Positions 13,019 through 23,563 of a stretch of DNA of 64,000 nucleotides are shown piece by piece. Every line of letters starts with the position of its first letter. Position 1 is the first letter of the stretch. Made by a program: the position numbers and the translations under genes. The DNA is from Octopus vulgaris. Taxonomy: Eukaryota. The notes below the pieces were generated by a model. It made no database searches. It was not told where the DNA came from and saw nothing but the letters and a program-made list of their open reading frames with translations. The stretch is taken from positions 16,802,001 to 16,866,000 of the forward strand of contig OX597821.1 in the NCBI GenBank assembly GCA_951406725.2, in the 5' to 3' direction.

Positions 13019-15029
13019 GTATGTATATTTATATATTTATATATATATATGTATGTATATTTATATATTTATATATATATATTCATATATTGATATATAT
13101 GTATATATATATATATAATCATATATGTTATATTATATTACATATACATATCATATATACAGAATGTTTATATTATATCATATACATTATCTGTTAAGAC
13201 ATATAATATAAATATATATGTAATTATATATATATATATATATATATTACATTGTATATTTAATATATGTGTGTGTATGTATATATGTATGTATGTATGC
13301 ATGCATGCATGCATGTATGTAGGCAGGTATGTACATGAATAAGCTTATGTGCATGATGTGTTTGTGTGTGCATCTAAATACCCTTGATGGTGAATGATAG
13401 GAAGAAAACAAGTGTGCAATTTAATAAGCATAACACATTTTTGCTGCATTACGTTGCATCTCTAATTTGTGAGTTTTTCTGCGATTGGCAATCAATTATT
13501 GCACTTGTTGCTTGTTGCAAACTATTTGACACGGACTGCGTAAAAGAAATCTTCACAGGTTTTTCCCACAAAGAAAATAGTACACACATTAAACTAATCA
13601 ATACATTGATCATTATAGTCTAGATGTTTTACAGACAACTTGGCTTCTCTACTCTTTCATTATTGTACTTTGATAAATTATATCGATGTACATAGAAATA
13701 CGTGAGTAATTACCATACGTAATATATTTATTTCCAATGTATACCTAAGATTAACAAAGCCCAGCTCAGAACGATAATGTGCGACATTCATGCCTTTCTC
13801 AATAGCATGCATTTATATAACTGATATGAAATATCAGCTATGTGCTGTTGAACTGTAAAACCGTAAACTGAAGTCATGGTTCTGTTGATTCTACAGCGAC
13901 CACATAGCTATAAATTTTGATTTCTGCCCTTTATAAATGATCGACATATATTACTGAAGAATATCGCCCAATAAATTGACATCATTATATTTCAGTGACT
14001 GCCTCTAATAAACGAGGAAATGTCTACAGGTTCGAGGAGTAATCAGCATGACGAGATGAACATGGAATTGGCTAATGTACATTGACTACCACAGCAGTCC
14101 AAAATAAGAATCAGTGTGTTAATCCAACGGACAACAGACCGAGGAGAATGTTAAACCTACATAGAGATTTTTACGTTCGTATCTCTTAACCGTCGTAATC
14201 TCGGTCAACAAGTACCAAATATAAGGTTAGTGCTATTATATAACACCTCTATATAGGAAACGATGAATAGTTTCTACTCTGCGGTGGAGACCTCTGGCGT
14301 CCTTGGTCCTTGGAACATATTCCTGCTCACCACTATCAGGACAGAGATAGCTATCTGCAAGTGCAAGCTCCGTGAGTCAGAGTGGCTGGTTCCCGTGCTT
14401 CGCCCTCGCCATCCTCCGGAGCAACACATTTTTTTATTTGGATTTCTGGATCTATGAGCCAGTTTGACTTACTCGAAATTGTACGTTCCACTTCCCAAAT
14501 ACTTAGATCCATGCAACAATTTTTTTATTCTAATTCTTTGAAAACTTGTAAAGATAGTGTACAAGTAACTGATAATATAACCAGTTCCACCTTTATTGCT
14601 GATGTTGTTTGCGTTCTTATAACTTAACGCCTGATCAGCTCTGCTTGAACATATCTATGATGAAAATATGTTCCATACACCTTTACTTTATCTTAATCTC
14701 AGATGTTTTGCATTTTACACTTTATCACCTATTTAACATTCCTCTTTTCAGATGTAATTCTTAAAGATGGTAAGTAGTTTTCCCGGTAAACTTGCTACAA
14801 TTAGCAAGTTGAGAACCCACTTAGTGGTTCCTTCATTAGTTACACATTAACATGTTTTGTACTGTTTAAAATCTATGAACTACCAAACTGTCGTCTGGTT
14901 CACAGGTAACCAACTAATTCAACCATCAATGTTCTTCAACAATGCAACAGGTATATTACAGTCAAAAAGGATTGTGGCTATAAAACTCTTAAAAATTTAG
15001 TGACGAAAAAGAAAATATTTTATTACTTC

Positions 15030-15195
15030 TAGGCTTAGAGTGGCTGTGTGGCAAGTAGCTTGTTTAGCAACAACATGGTTCCGGGTTCAGTCCCACTGCG
15101 TGGCAACTTGTGCAAGTGCCTTGTACCATAACCTCGGGCCGACCAAAGCCTTGTGAGTGGATTTGGTAGGCGGAAACTGAAGGAAGCTCTTCCTA

Positions 15196-15235
<40 letters not shown>

Positions 15236-15485
15236 TGTATGTTTGTATGTATATATGTGTGTGTGTATGTTTGCGTGTGTGTTTGCCCTCCCCCAACCAA
15301 ACATCGCTTGACAACTGATGCTGGTGTGTTTAAGTCCCAGTAACTTAGCGGTTCGGCAAAACAGGACGATAAAATAAATACTAGGCTTACAAATAATAAG
15401 TCCTGGGGCCGATTTGCTCGACTAAAGGCGGTGCTCCAGCATGGCAGCAATCACATGACTGATACAAGTAAAAGAGTAAAGAGTA
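15030..15485 (+). mobile_element. SINE family A, full length
   Basis: Head AGGCTTAGAGTGGCTGTGTGG, B box, internal (TA)n, tail AAGTAAAAGAGTAAAGAG. Confidence 0.9.
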
Positions 15486-15519
15486 TACAGACAGCAGACT
15501 TTTAAAATTTTATATTTAA

Positions 15520-15914
15520 CTAGCAGTATCGCCCGGCGTTGCTCGGGTTGTAAGGGAAATAACTATATAAGCATTTTTAGAGATGTAAAGTATAATAGCC
15601 ATCTCAATATGGCTAACCACAAAGGTGGGGTGTTACTGTAGCTTTTTACGTTCTGAGATTTAATAATACATCTTTAGAGAGTTACTTCCCTTATATATGC
15701 CAAAAATGCATTAAAAAATGGGAAAAATTGATGGTAATTTTTTTTTTAATCGTAGACTCATCGTAGACGCGCGCTAATACCCAGAAGGGCTCGATATGAA
15801 TTACGACTATAAGATACCCGGTTTTGGTTAAACTGCACCGCAAAATGTGGGAGTAGTTAGGAATCTAAATCGTTGAAGACAGACAGCACACAACCTCTCT
15901 TTTATATATAAAGA
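15520..15914 (-). mobile_element. non-autonomous Helitron
   Basis: Minus strand starts TCTTTATATATAAAAG and ends CCCGAGCAACGCCGGG-CGATACTG-CTAG, between host A and T, no TSD; second copy at 36225-36616. Confidence 0.85.
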
Positions 15915-16211
15915 TGTTCGTTTATTTATCGGTTTATTTATTTTTTAGTTTATGTTTTTCACTTCGCCACTAAAATATGAAATTTTTATCTAATGAGGAG
16001 TGGCAGACATTTACCCAAATAATTTCAGACATACACACTCTCTCTCTCTCACACACACACAAACACACACTCACTCACTCACTCACAAATACACACACAC
16101 AGGCACACATGCAGACACACACATATACAGACACGCATGCAGGCACATACATAAATACACACACACAGAGCACAAAATGCATGACCGCACATATACGTTT
16201 CATACATAGAC

Positions 16212-16264
<53 letters not shown>

Positions 16265-16624
16265 TAAATATGCGTGTATATGTGTGTGAATGCCTGTGTG
16301 TGTATGTGTGTGTATGCGTGTTTGACAGCGATTCAATATTTGGCTAGGTCGCTTTCGTTAGAGTGACTGGGAAGGGGAACCAGCATTTCGAAGTTACTAT
16401 CAATCATTTCCTTGTCAAAATAAAGAATATTTACGATACTCTAAATTAAGGCGTTACGTGATGTTTGAATTATTGTTTGACAGGGTAACATATAAATACA
16501 CACAAAACCAGATAAAATGAAACAGTAAGTCAGGTAAATATAAGCGTATATACGTAGACGGACCGATGGAGGGACTGGCAGGTAGACAAACAGAATGTCA
16601 GACAGATGGGCAGAAACATAGAAG

Positions 16625-16703
<79 letters not shown>

Positions 16704-16707
16704 TATA

Positions 16708-17472
16708 AATATTTAAATAATGAGGGAGATAAATTAATATTAATTTTAATATCAATTTAAAACCAGTAGTCTAGCATACAAAAAATCTGAGAAGTCAGAG
16801 AAAATTCTAATATATGTGTATATTGGCAGGGCAGGACTGCTAGGTAGTCGGCCGTATGCTAGAAATAGATCATCAACGATCAAAACTACAAAGAAATTCA
16901 GCGAACACCAGAACCAAATTTGGCGGGCAGGACAGATGAAAATTTATATAAAAAACAGAATTAAAGCATACCTCGGTTTCGGCCTTTAACAAAGGAATTA
17001 CTTACATAATTCAAATGTCCGTGGCTTCATCAGTGCATTCGTTCAGTGTCAATGCAATTTACAAAACTAACCCCAGCTTTCTGTGCCAAGACAGACACGT
17101 GCTTAGTTTTACCGATTACATTAGGGATAAAATTTCAAATGTCTTGGTTCCGGCGCACTAAGAAATTCCTGAAGCGAAGAACTGCAGTAAATAATTCACT
17201 GCGGTTAGTGCTTGCTACTAGAGAACGTATTTATTTCAATATTTAAATAATGAGGGAGATAAATTAATATTAATTTTAATATCAATTTAAAACCAGTAGT
17301 CTAGCATACAAAAAATCTGAGAAGTCAGAGAAAATTCTAATATATGTGTATATTGGCAGGGCAGGACTGCTAGGTAGTCGGCCGTATGCTAGAAATAGAT
17401 CGTTTTGTAGTTTTGATCGTTGATGATCTATTTCTAGCATACAGCCGACTACCTAGCAGTCCTGCCCTGTCA

Positions 17473-17485
<13 letters not shown>
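16708..17485 (-). mobile_element. hammerhead-bearing non-autonomous PLE/retrozyme-like element, 530-nt monomer
   Basis: Direct repeat 16708-16871 = 17238-17401 (period 530), then an inverted copy of ~16810-16892 at ~17403-17485; (TA)n on both flanks; no credible ORF. Confidence 0.8.
16963..17039 (-). ncRNA. type I hammerhead ribozyme
   Basis: Minus strand: AATGCA-CTGATGA-AGCC..(GAATTA/TAATTC)..GGCC-GAAA-CCGAGG-TA-TGCTTT; intact CUGAUGA/GAAA/GUA core; predicted cut between 16969 and 16968; first pair of stem II is an A-C mismatch. Confidence 0.8.
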
Positions 17486-17525
<40 letters not shown>

Positions 17526-17530
<5 letters not shown>

Positions 17531-17724
17531 AGAATTCACGAAAAAACAAAAGACGAAGACAGAGGGTGTAGAAAATAAACAGATGTATTAGTATAACGCT
17601 CGGGAATTGAAAGTCTTTTACGTTTCGAGCCTACGCTCTTCCACAGAAAGGAACATAGAAAGAATCAAGGAGAAAAACAAGGAGAGAAAAAATGTGTTTC
17701 GTGGCTACCGATCTATCATGGCGG
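17526..17724 (-). mobile_element. PLE-type pLTR fragment in (TA)n with minimal hammerhead variant (17615-17650)
   Basis: Minus strand CTTT-CTGTGGAA-GAGC-gtag-GCTC-GAAA-CG-TA-AAAG; related layout to the 48.2-kb element. Confidence 0.65.
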
Positions 17725-17744
17725 TATATATATATATATATATA

Positions 17745-17965
17745 TTGATAAAAACGGTAAGATAACAAAAGAAAAAAGAGACCTCGATATTATGTAAATA
17801 GAGTAATTTATCTGTAAATGTAATATGTGAAAATTATTCGGTAGCCATGATAAAACTCCGCCACCATCTGTTCAGTTATCGGGATAACTGAAGAGATGGT
17901 GGCGTGGATTTCCACCTCGGAGTTTTATCTTGGCTACCGAATAATTGTCACATATTACATTTACA

Positions 17966-17969
<4 letters not shown>
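17745..17969. mobile_element. PLE-type nested fold-back insertion in (TA)n with broken hammerhead
   Basis: Outer arms 17809-17860/17918-17969, inner arms 17859-17880/17883-17904; GATAA-CTGAAGA...CTCGGAG-TT-TTATC retains stem I but lacks GAAA. Confidence 0.65.
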
Positions 17970-17996
<27 letters not shown>

Positions 17997-18025
17997 GTGT
18001 GTGTGTGTAGAGAGAGAGGGGGGGG

Positions 18026-18059
<34 letters not shown>

Positions 18060-19282
18060 TAGAATTAGGCATATTATCCATATTATGAACCATACAATTT
18101 CTTGGTAAGCTGAAAGACAATAGAACCATTAGACAATGTTTCTGTGGCATATTAGCGTCGAAGAGTGCTATACTCCTCACCAGATGCAGGTTAAACAAAT
18201 TCACACTACCCGATGCCGTTGCTAGTGTCCAATTTTGCTGCATCCACTGGAGGAAAGACAAATGAAATGCGACCTTTCTAAGAATCGATCTCATGATCTT
18301 AGGATTGTGATTCCAACAATTTAACTGCTAGGCTATGCAGCTTCACATCAACAGAATTAGTAAATAAAAGCAATTCGAATTAGGGTTCAATGGCCACCAA
18401 GACTGGAGAAAGCCCTAATATTATCAGCCAATCAAAATTGGTAAACTAGCTTAAGCATTCTTCATTTATAAAACGAAAGAAAGTGACTGGAGAAAAGGTT
18501 TAGCTGTCTTTTCTAGTACGAAAAGTCACTGATTAGAGAATTTCACGTAGGATCGGAAAAGTCCGTACGTTTATGCGTTCATTGCTTCATGCAGAATAGA
18601 GAGGGAAGCAATCACAGACAAGTCAACGATCATCTACATGTCCAACCTGCATAAGGTGACTATTTCTTCGGAGAAGAATACATATGTTCTGTAATGTAGA
18701 CTTGATTAAGTACTATCAGATTTAGAATTAATGCTCTTCGTAGTATTTTAAACCTAATTTGAAGATTATGATTATTGTATATCTATTTGTTTGGGAAGGA
18801 TTGTGTACGTTGTCTTTTATCGTTTTGGACGACAGACACTTTTGTTGTAATTTAGCAATTCCAATGACACTTATCGCGTATTTTAGACAAAAGGATTTGA
18901 TTTGAGGGTGATTTGGCTACTATTATACGTTAGACAATCGTTAGTATAAAGTTAGTCTCCATTTGCACGTATGACTTTTCTCTTATGTATCGTGACACTT
19001 ATTTCATATATGACAGATAGACGCAACCATTGACAGACAATTATAAACTTTGTAAAAACGCTGGTTACTAATAAGCGGCATCGGATGATGCAGAGTTGTT
19101 AATGAGACAACTGCCAAAAGTGTCTGTCTGAGAAATGAAGTTAACAAATCACATAGAATTTGTATCTGCTAACTGGTTTTGGTGTGTAGCATATATAGAG
19201 AAGAAAAGGAAATTTTGTAGAAATTTCCCAATTAGGAAATTTACTTACATGTGCATACATAGATAAATGTACGCATTTATGC

Positions 19283-19313
<31 letters not shown>

Positions 19314-19342
19314 TGTATGTATGTATGTATGTATGTATAGAC

Positions 19343-19400
<58 letters not shown>

Positions 19401-19678
19401 ACAGACAGACAAACAGACAGATGGACTGACAGATAGATTTATAGATGGATAGATTGATAGACAAACAGGCAGAAGACAGACAGATAGGTAGGTAGGTACG
19501 TGCGTAGGCTGGTAGGTAGGTAGGTACGTACGTACGTAGGCTGGTAGTTAGGTAGATCGGTGGGTTGGTATGTAGGTAGGTAGGTAGGTAGGTAGTTAGG
19601 TAGGTAGGTATGTAGGTAGGTAGGTAGGTAGGTAGGCTGGTAGGTAGGTAGAGAAACAGAGAGAAGACAGACAGACAA

Positions 19679-19712
<34 letters not shown>

Positions 19713-19743
19713 TGACTGATTGATAGACAGACAGTTAAGTAGG

Positions 19744-19814
<71 letters not shown>

Positions 19815-20438
19815 TTAGAATAAGAGAGAGAGAAAGAGTGAGAGAGAAAGAAGAGTACAATGGTCAAAAGTAATAGCATTCTATACATGTTGTGGATGCT
19901 AGGTATTTTCATTAACAATATTTAGTAAACACAAGTAAAGTGTTACACATACAAAAGCAAGAATGACTGAGTGTGACAATGCACCGAATTTTTACCTCTG
20001 AACAATCGGTCGTCCCTTTTGCGACCATGAAATTATTAGCAAGCAATTTATGAATATTATATATATGTACATGGGGAAGTGTTGGTGCATATTTATATAT
20101 TTCTCTATCTGTCTACGTAAATTTAAGCATGACGTCTTGACAACATCATGAATAATGTAATGTCCTTCTGCCAGAGTGATCAATCTTAGAAACTAAACTT
20201 ACACGGGGAGTGTTTAGCTGAGTATATGGAATTTTGATATTATGGTAAACTAAGGTTGTGGGCTGACAGAATTAGCATTTAAAAACGGTCCTATAATTTT
20301 AATATGTTCTTTCCATTAAGTGCTCGATTCAAGAACAGCAAGGGTGCAAGCGATTCACCAGAGGTTTCAGATTATATAGAAATATATATTACTTTACAAA
20401 TCAAAGGGCACGTTCCTACAACTGGAAAGAGAGTTATG

Positions 20439-20659
20439 CAGTATCCCTCGTTGTATCGTGGTTCACCTGTCACAGTTTATTACTTAAGTTTATGTCGATT
20501 CCTCTGTGGTGCTGTTTTGCGTTTATAATAAAATAAATATATACAAATTATAAACATAATCAAAAAATATATAATCTAGTATTGTTTCTACTTCGCGGAT
20601 TTTCATCTATCGTGGGGTGTATTAGAACGTAACACCCGCCATAGTCGAGTGATTACTAT
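20439..20659. mobile_element. degenerate MITE (Tigger/pogo-like termini)
   Basis: Imperfect terminal inverted repeats cagtatccctcgttgtatcgtgg / ccgccatagtcgagtgattact. Confidence 0.45.
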
Positions 20660-21184
20660 CCTGCGTTTATGAGCTGGTTCCCCATACTAACTATAAAGTT
20701 AGTGACACTCATCGAATATGAAAGATGTTCCACTACTTTTTCAAATCTTCGATAACCTATTGATTAAAACCAGAGCCACGTTCAGCTTAATTGCTAGAAC
20801 TTCTCCGATGTTAACAGGTACGTTTACAATATCCTCTTCTAATCTTGCCGCAAACAGATCGAGGCCTCACAGCGAACCTACAGACATTCCAAATTCACGC
20901 GACCTATAACCAATAATTTGTTCAAAATCTCGCTCAATGATATCGCGAACACAGCTGAATGTTTGAATTAAAATGATATTTTGTAAAAGAGCGGATTTCA
21001 TGAAAAAGTTTCTTCATCTCCTTCCCTGCAACCCTCGATCTCTATGATGCAATCAATGAAACGTTTCCAATAGAATCACTTGGTAAATCCCTAGCCTTAC
21101 ATCTCAGAAGACACGAATCCCATCGTCGCTAGAATCGTTCTGTTATACAACAGCACTCCCTCCTCGCGGTATCACTCAATTCGG

Positions 21185-21515
21185 GACCCCCTTCGGTCAC
21201 AACACTGACCATGGGATTGCAACTAGTAAGTTACCCTCCTAGTCACAAGTCTGGGCAAGGTGGTTTATGGAAGACCAGCAGTCGCCCATGCATACCTGCC
21301 TCCCCTCTCCACGCCACCAGTGTTATCCAAGGGAAAGCCAAATGCCGATACAGCTTGGCACCCGTGACGTCGCAACTCATTTCTACAGCTGAATTAACTG
21401 GAGCAACGTGAAATAAAGTGTCTTGCTCAAGAACACAACACGCAGCCCGGTCCGAGATTCGAGCTCACAACCTCACGATCGTAAGCTTGACGGTCTAACC
21501 ACTGAGCATACGCTT
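21185..21515 (-). mobile_element. tRNA-derived SINE with family-C-like head/core and a different tail
   Basis: Minus strand GCTCAGTGGTTAGA..TCGAATCTCGGACCGGGC..TTGAGCAAGACACTTTATTTCACGTTGC matches 3646-3780; tail differs. Confidence 0.7.
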
Positions 21516-21669
21516 TCATATTTTGTCACACACCGATCTAGTGCAGAAAATTACTTCTTCTTATATAACCAAAACGACGCAGCAGCTTCCCGCTGGACTG
21601 AAAATCCTTCGAAAATATATCACGCATAAAACTGCAAAATTAAGTCGAACATTTTGTAGCAAAATATAC

Positions 21670-21709
21670 AGGCGCAGGAGTGGCTGTGTGGTAAGTAGCT
21701 TTGCTAACC
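21670..21709 (+). mobile_element. 5' piece of SINE family A interrupted by the LINE
   Basis: AGGCGCAGGAGTGGCTGTGTGGTAAGTAGCTTTGCTAACC; the remainder resumes at 27193. Confidence 0.85.
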
Positions 21710-21917
21710 TCACTGACTGAAGAGTGACTTTACTCACCGTACTACGGTTTGGACGCGTTTTCTTCCCGGTAAGAATTTTGCTGTGTTGTTAATTGTTGAA
21801 TTTCTACTACTGAAAATTTGTCTTTAAACGTTGCTGAACTGTCTTGTTCTCCGGTTTTACCGGGGAATAATTGGATAATTTCTTACCGTTGAACTGTTAG
21901 CCATTGTGGCTTTTTAT

Positions 21918-21977
21918 TTACGTGACTATATATTACGTGACTATATATTACGTGACTATATATTACGTGACTATATA
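21918..21977 (+). repeat. 4 x 15-bp tandem repeat TTACGTGACTATATA in the LINE 5' UTR
   Basis: Four exact copies read directly. Confidence 0.9.
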
Positions 21978-22143
21978 TAGTCCTGCCAGACTATTTTCGT
22001 GCCCCTCCCCCGAATGGGGGTGGGAATTGGAATTTTTGAACTGCTTTTTTGAACTACTTTAGAAGAAAAACTTTCTATAGGTTTCCCAGTTTTGTGGGAA
22101 ACCAATATTCGTAATTTTTGTGTTGTCTAATTTCAACAGAATA

Positions 22144-23546
22144 ATGTCTGTTGAAATTATTCACGAAAGTAGTGCTTTTGAGGAGAGCAATGTTAAAAGA
22201 TTTTCTACGGTAGCCGCAGTGGCTACCGAGAACATTGACTGCGATGTCAATCAGCTCGTCGAGCTATTTAAAAGAATGCAAGAGGAGGGTGGTGATGTTA
22301 AAATATCACCCTCCGCCAGTATCGTGGAGACCGAGAAGCGGACCGTAGTGTTTAAAAATTTCTGTCCACAAAGCAGAAGGTTCAAACACTTTGAAAAAAG
22401 CACCATCGAGAAATGCCTGTCCCCGATTTGGAAGGACATCGTGTACGTCGCCAGGGGACGGGCATATGGCACTGTGGATGTCCGCTTCTCGGGGGAAGAA
22501 ATGGCCCGCGGGCATTCTGTGAACCCCCTAAAAACCAAGGAGGTGGTACTTTTCCCAAGCTATAGGGGACGCAGGACGTCCCGGGTCAGGATTGTAGAAG
22601 CCCCGCCGGTAGTAGATCCGGTAGAGGTAGTGGCCGCCCTGTTATAAAAAATGGCGGACAAAATAAAAATACTTCAAGTAACATCCTCTACCCCTCTATT
22701 TTGGCTCGGGCGTAACATTAACATATTAATTCAATGAACAGCGGAGGACCTGCAGTTCCTTCCTGAGAGGGTGCTCGTGGGCGAGAACGTAGCCCTCAGG
22801 GTACAGGTCGAAGGCCGAAAACCCACCTGTTACGCCTGCGGCAAAAAGGGCCACATTCGTGTAGACTGTCCAGACAAGCAAAAGAAACCGCAGACACCAG
22901 GCCCCTCAGATAATAAAAAAGTCCCTACCCTTGCAAACACACCTACCCCTACAAAAACAAAAAATCCCACTCCTGCTGTTACGGTGCCAACCCCAAAACA
23001 AACTGAAGAAAAACTCAGCCCTCGCACTCACAAACCCCTACACTATTAAAACCTCCCACCCCCCTAAAAACTGCGGCGCCTACCGAACAAACTATTGCTA
23101 CCCCAGACGATACCATGGAGGTATCAGAGGGGGGATTTACACCAGTTCGTAAAAGAATTCGTGCAGCATCCCCGTCCACATCCCCTACAAAAAATAAGAA
23201 AAACAAAGACATACCACAGACACGGAAAAAAAAATCCCGCTCAACTGGCCCAGAAAAAGAAGACAAAAAAGAAAATGAACTCATATTAATTGAATTCGAC
23301 ACACAAGACAATTACATAAACGATATTGTGGTTCAGCATCAGTCAGCAAGACTGTACAACAAATACAAAGATCGAAATAGACACGCGTGGATTGCGGAAA
23401 CAACGTTCAAACAATTAAAAGACAGACACCCAAACGCCATCCGGCATATCGCGAACTTGCCGGACTATCTGAAGAAAGAGGAGAAAGAAGAGGCCCACAA
23501 ACGTGTGGTGAGGTCGGCCCCCACCTCTCCAACGAAATGTAAGTAG
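22144..23546 (+). pseudogene. LINE ORF1 (RNA-binding, CCHC zinc knuckle), disrupted
   Basis: Fragments 22120-22647, 22771-23049 (CYACGKKGHIRVDC = CX2CX4HX4C) and 23115-23546; in-frame stops at 22645 and 22735 plus frameshift. Confidence 0.8.
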
Positions 23547-23563
23547 AACTTTTACTTTTTGTA

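Noticed and set aside
21918-21977. CRISPR-like array
   Set aside because: Contiguous 15-bp repeats with no spacers, no cas genes, eukaryotic context.
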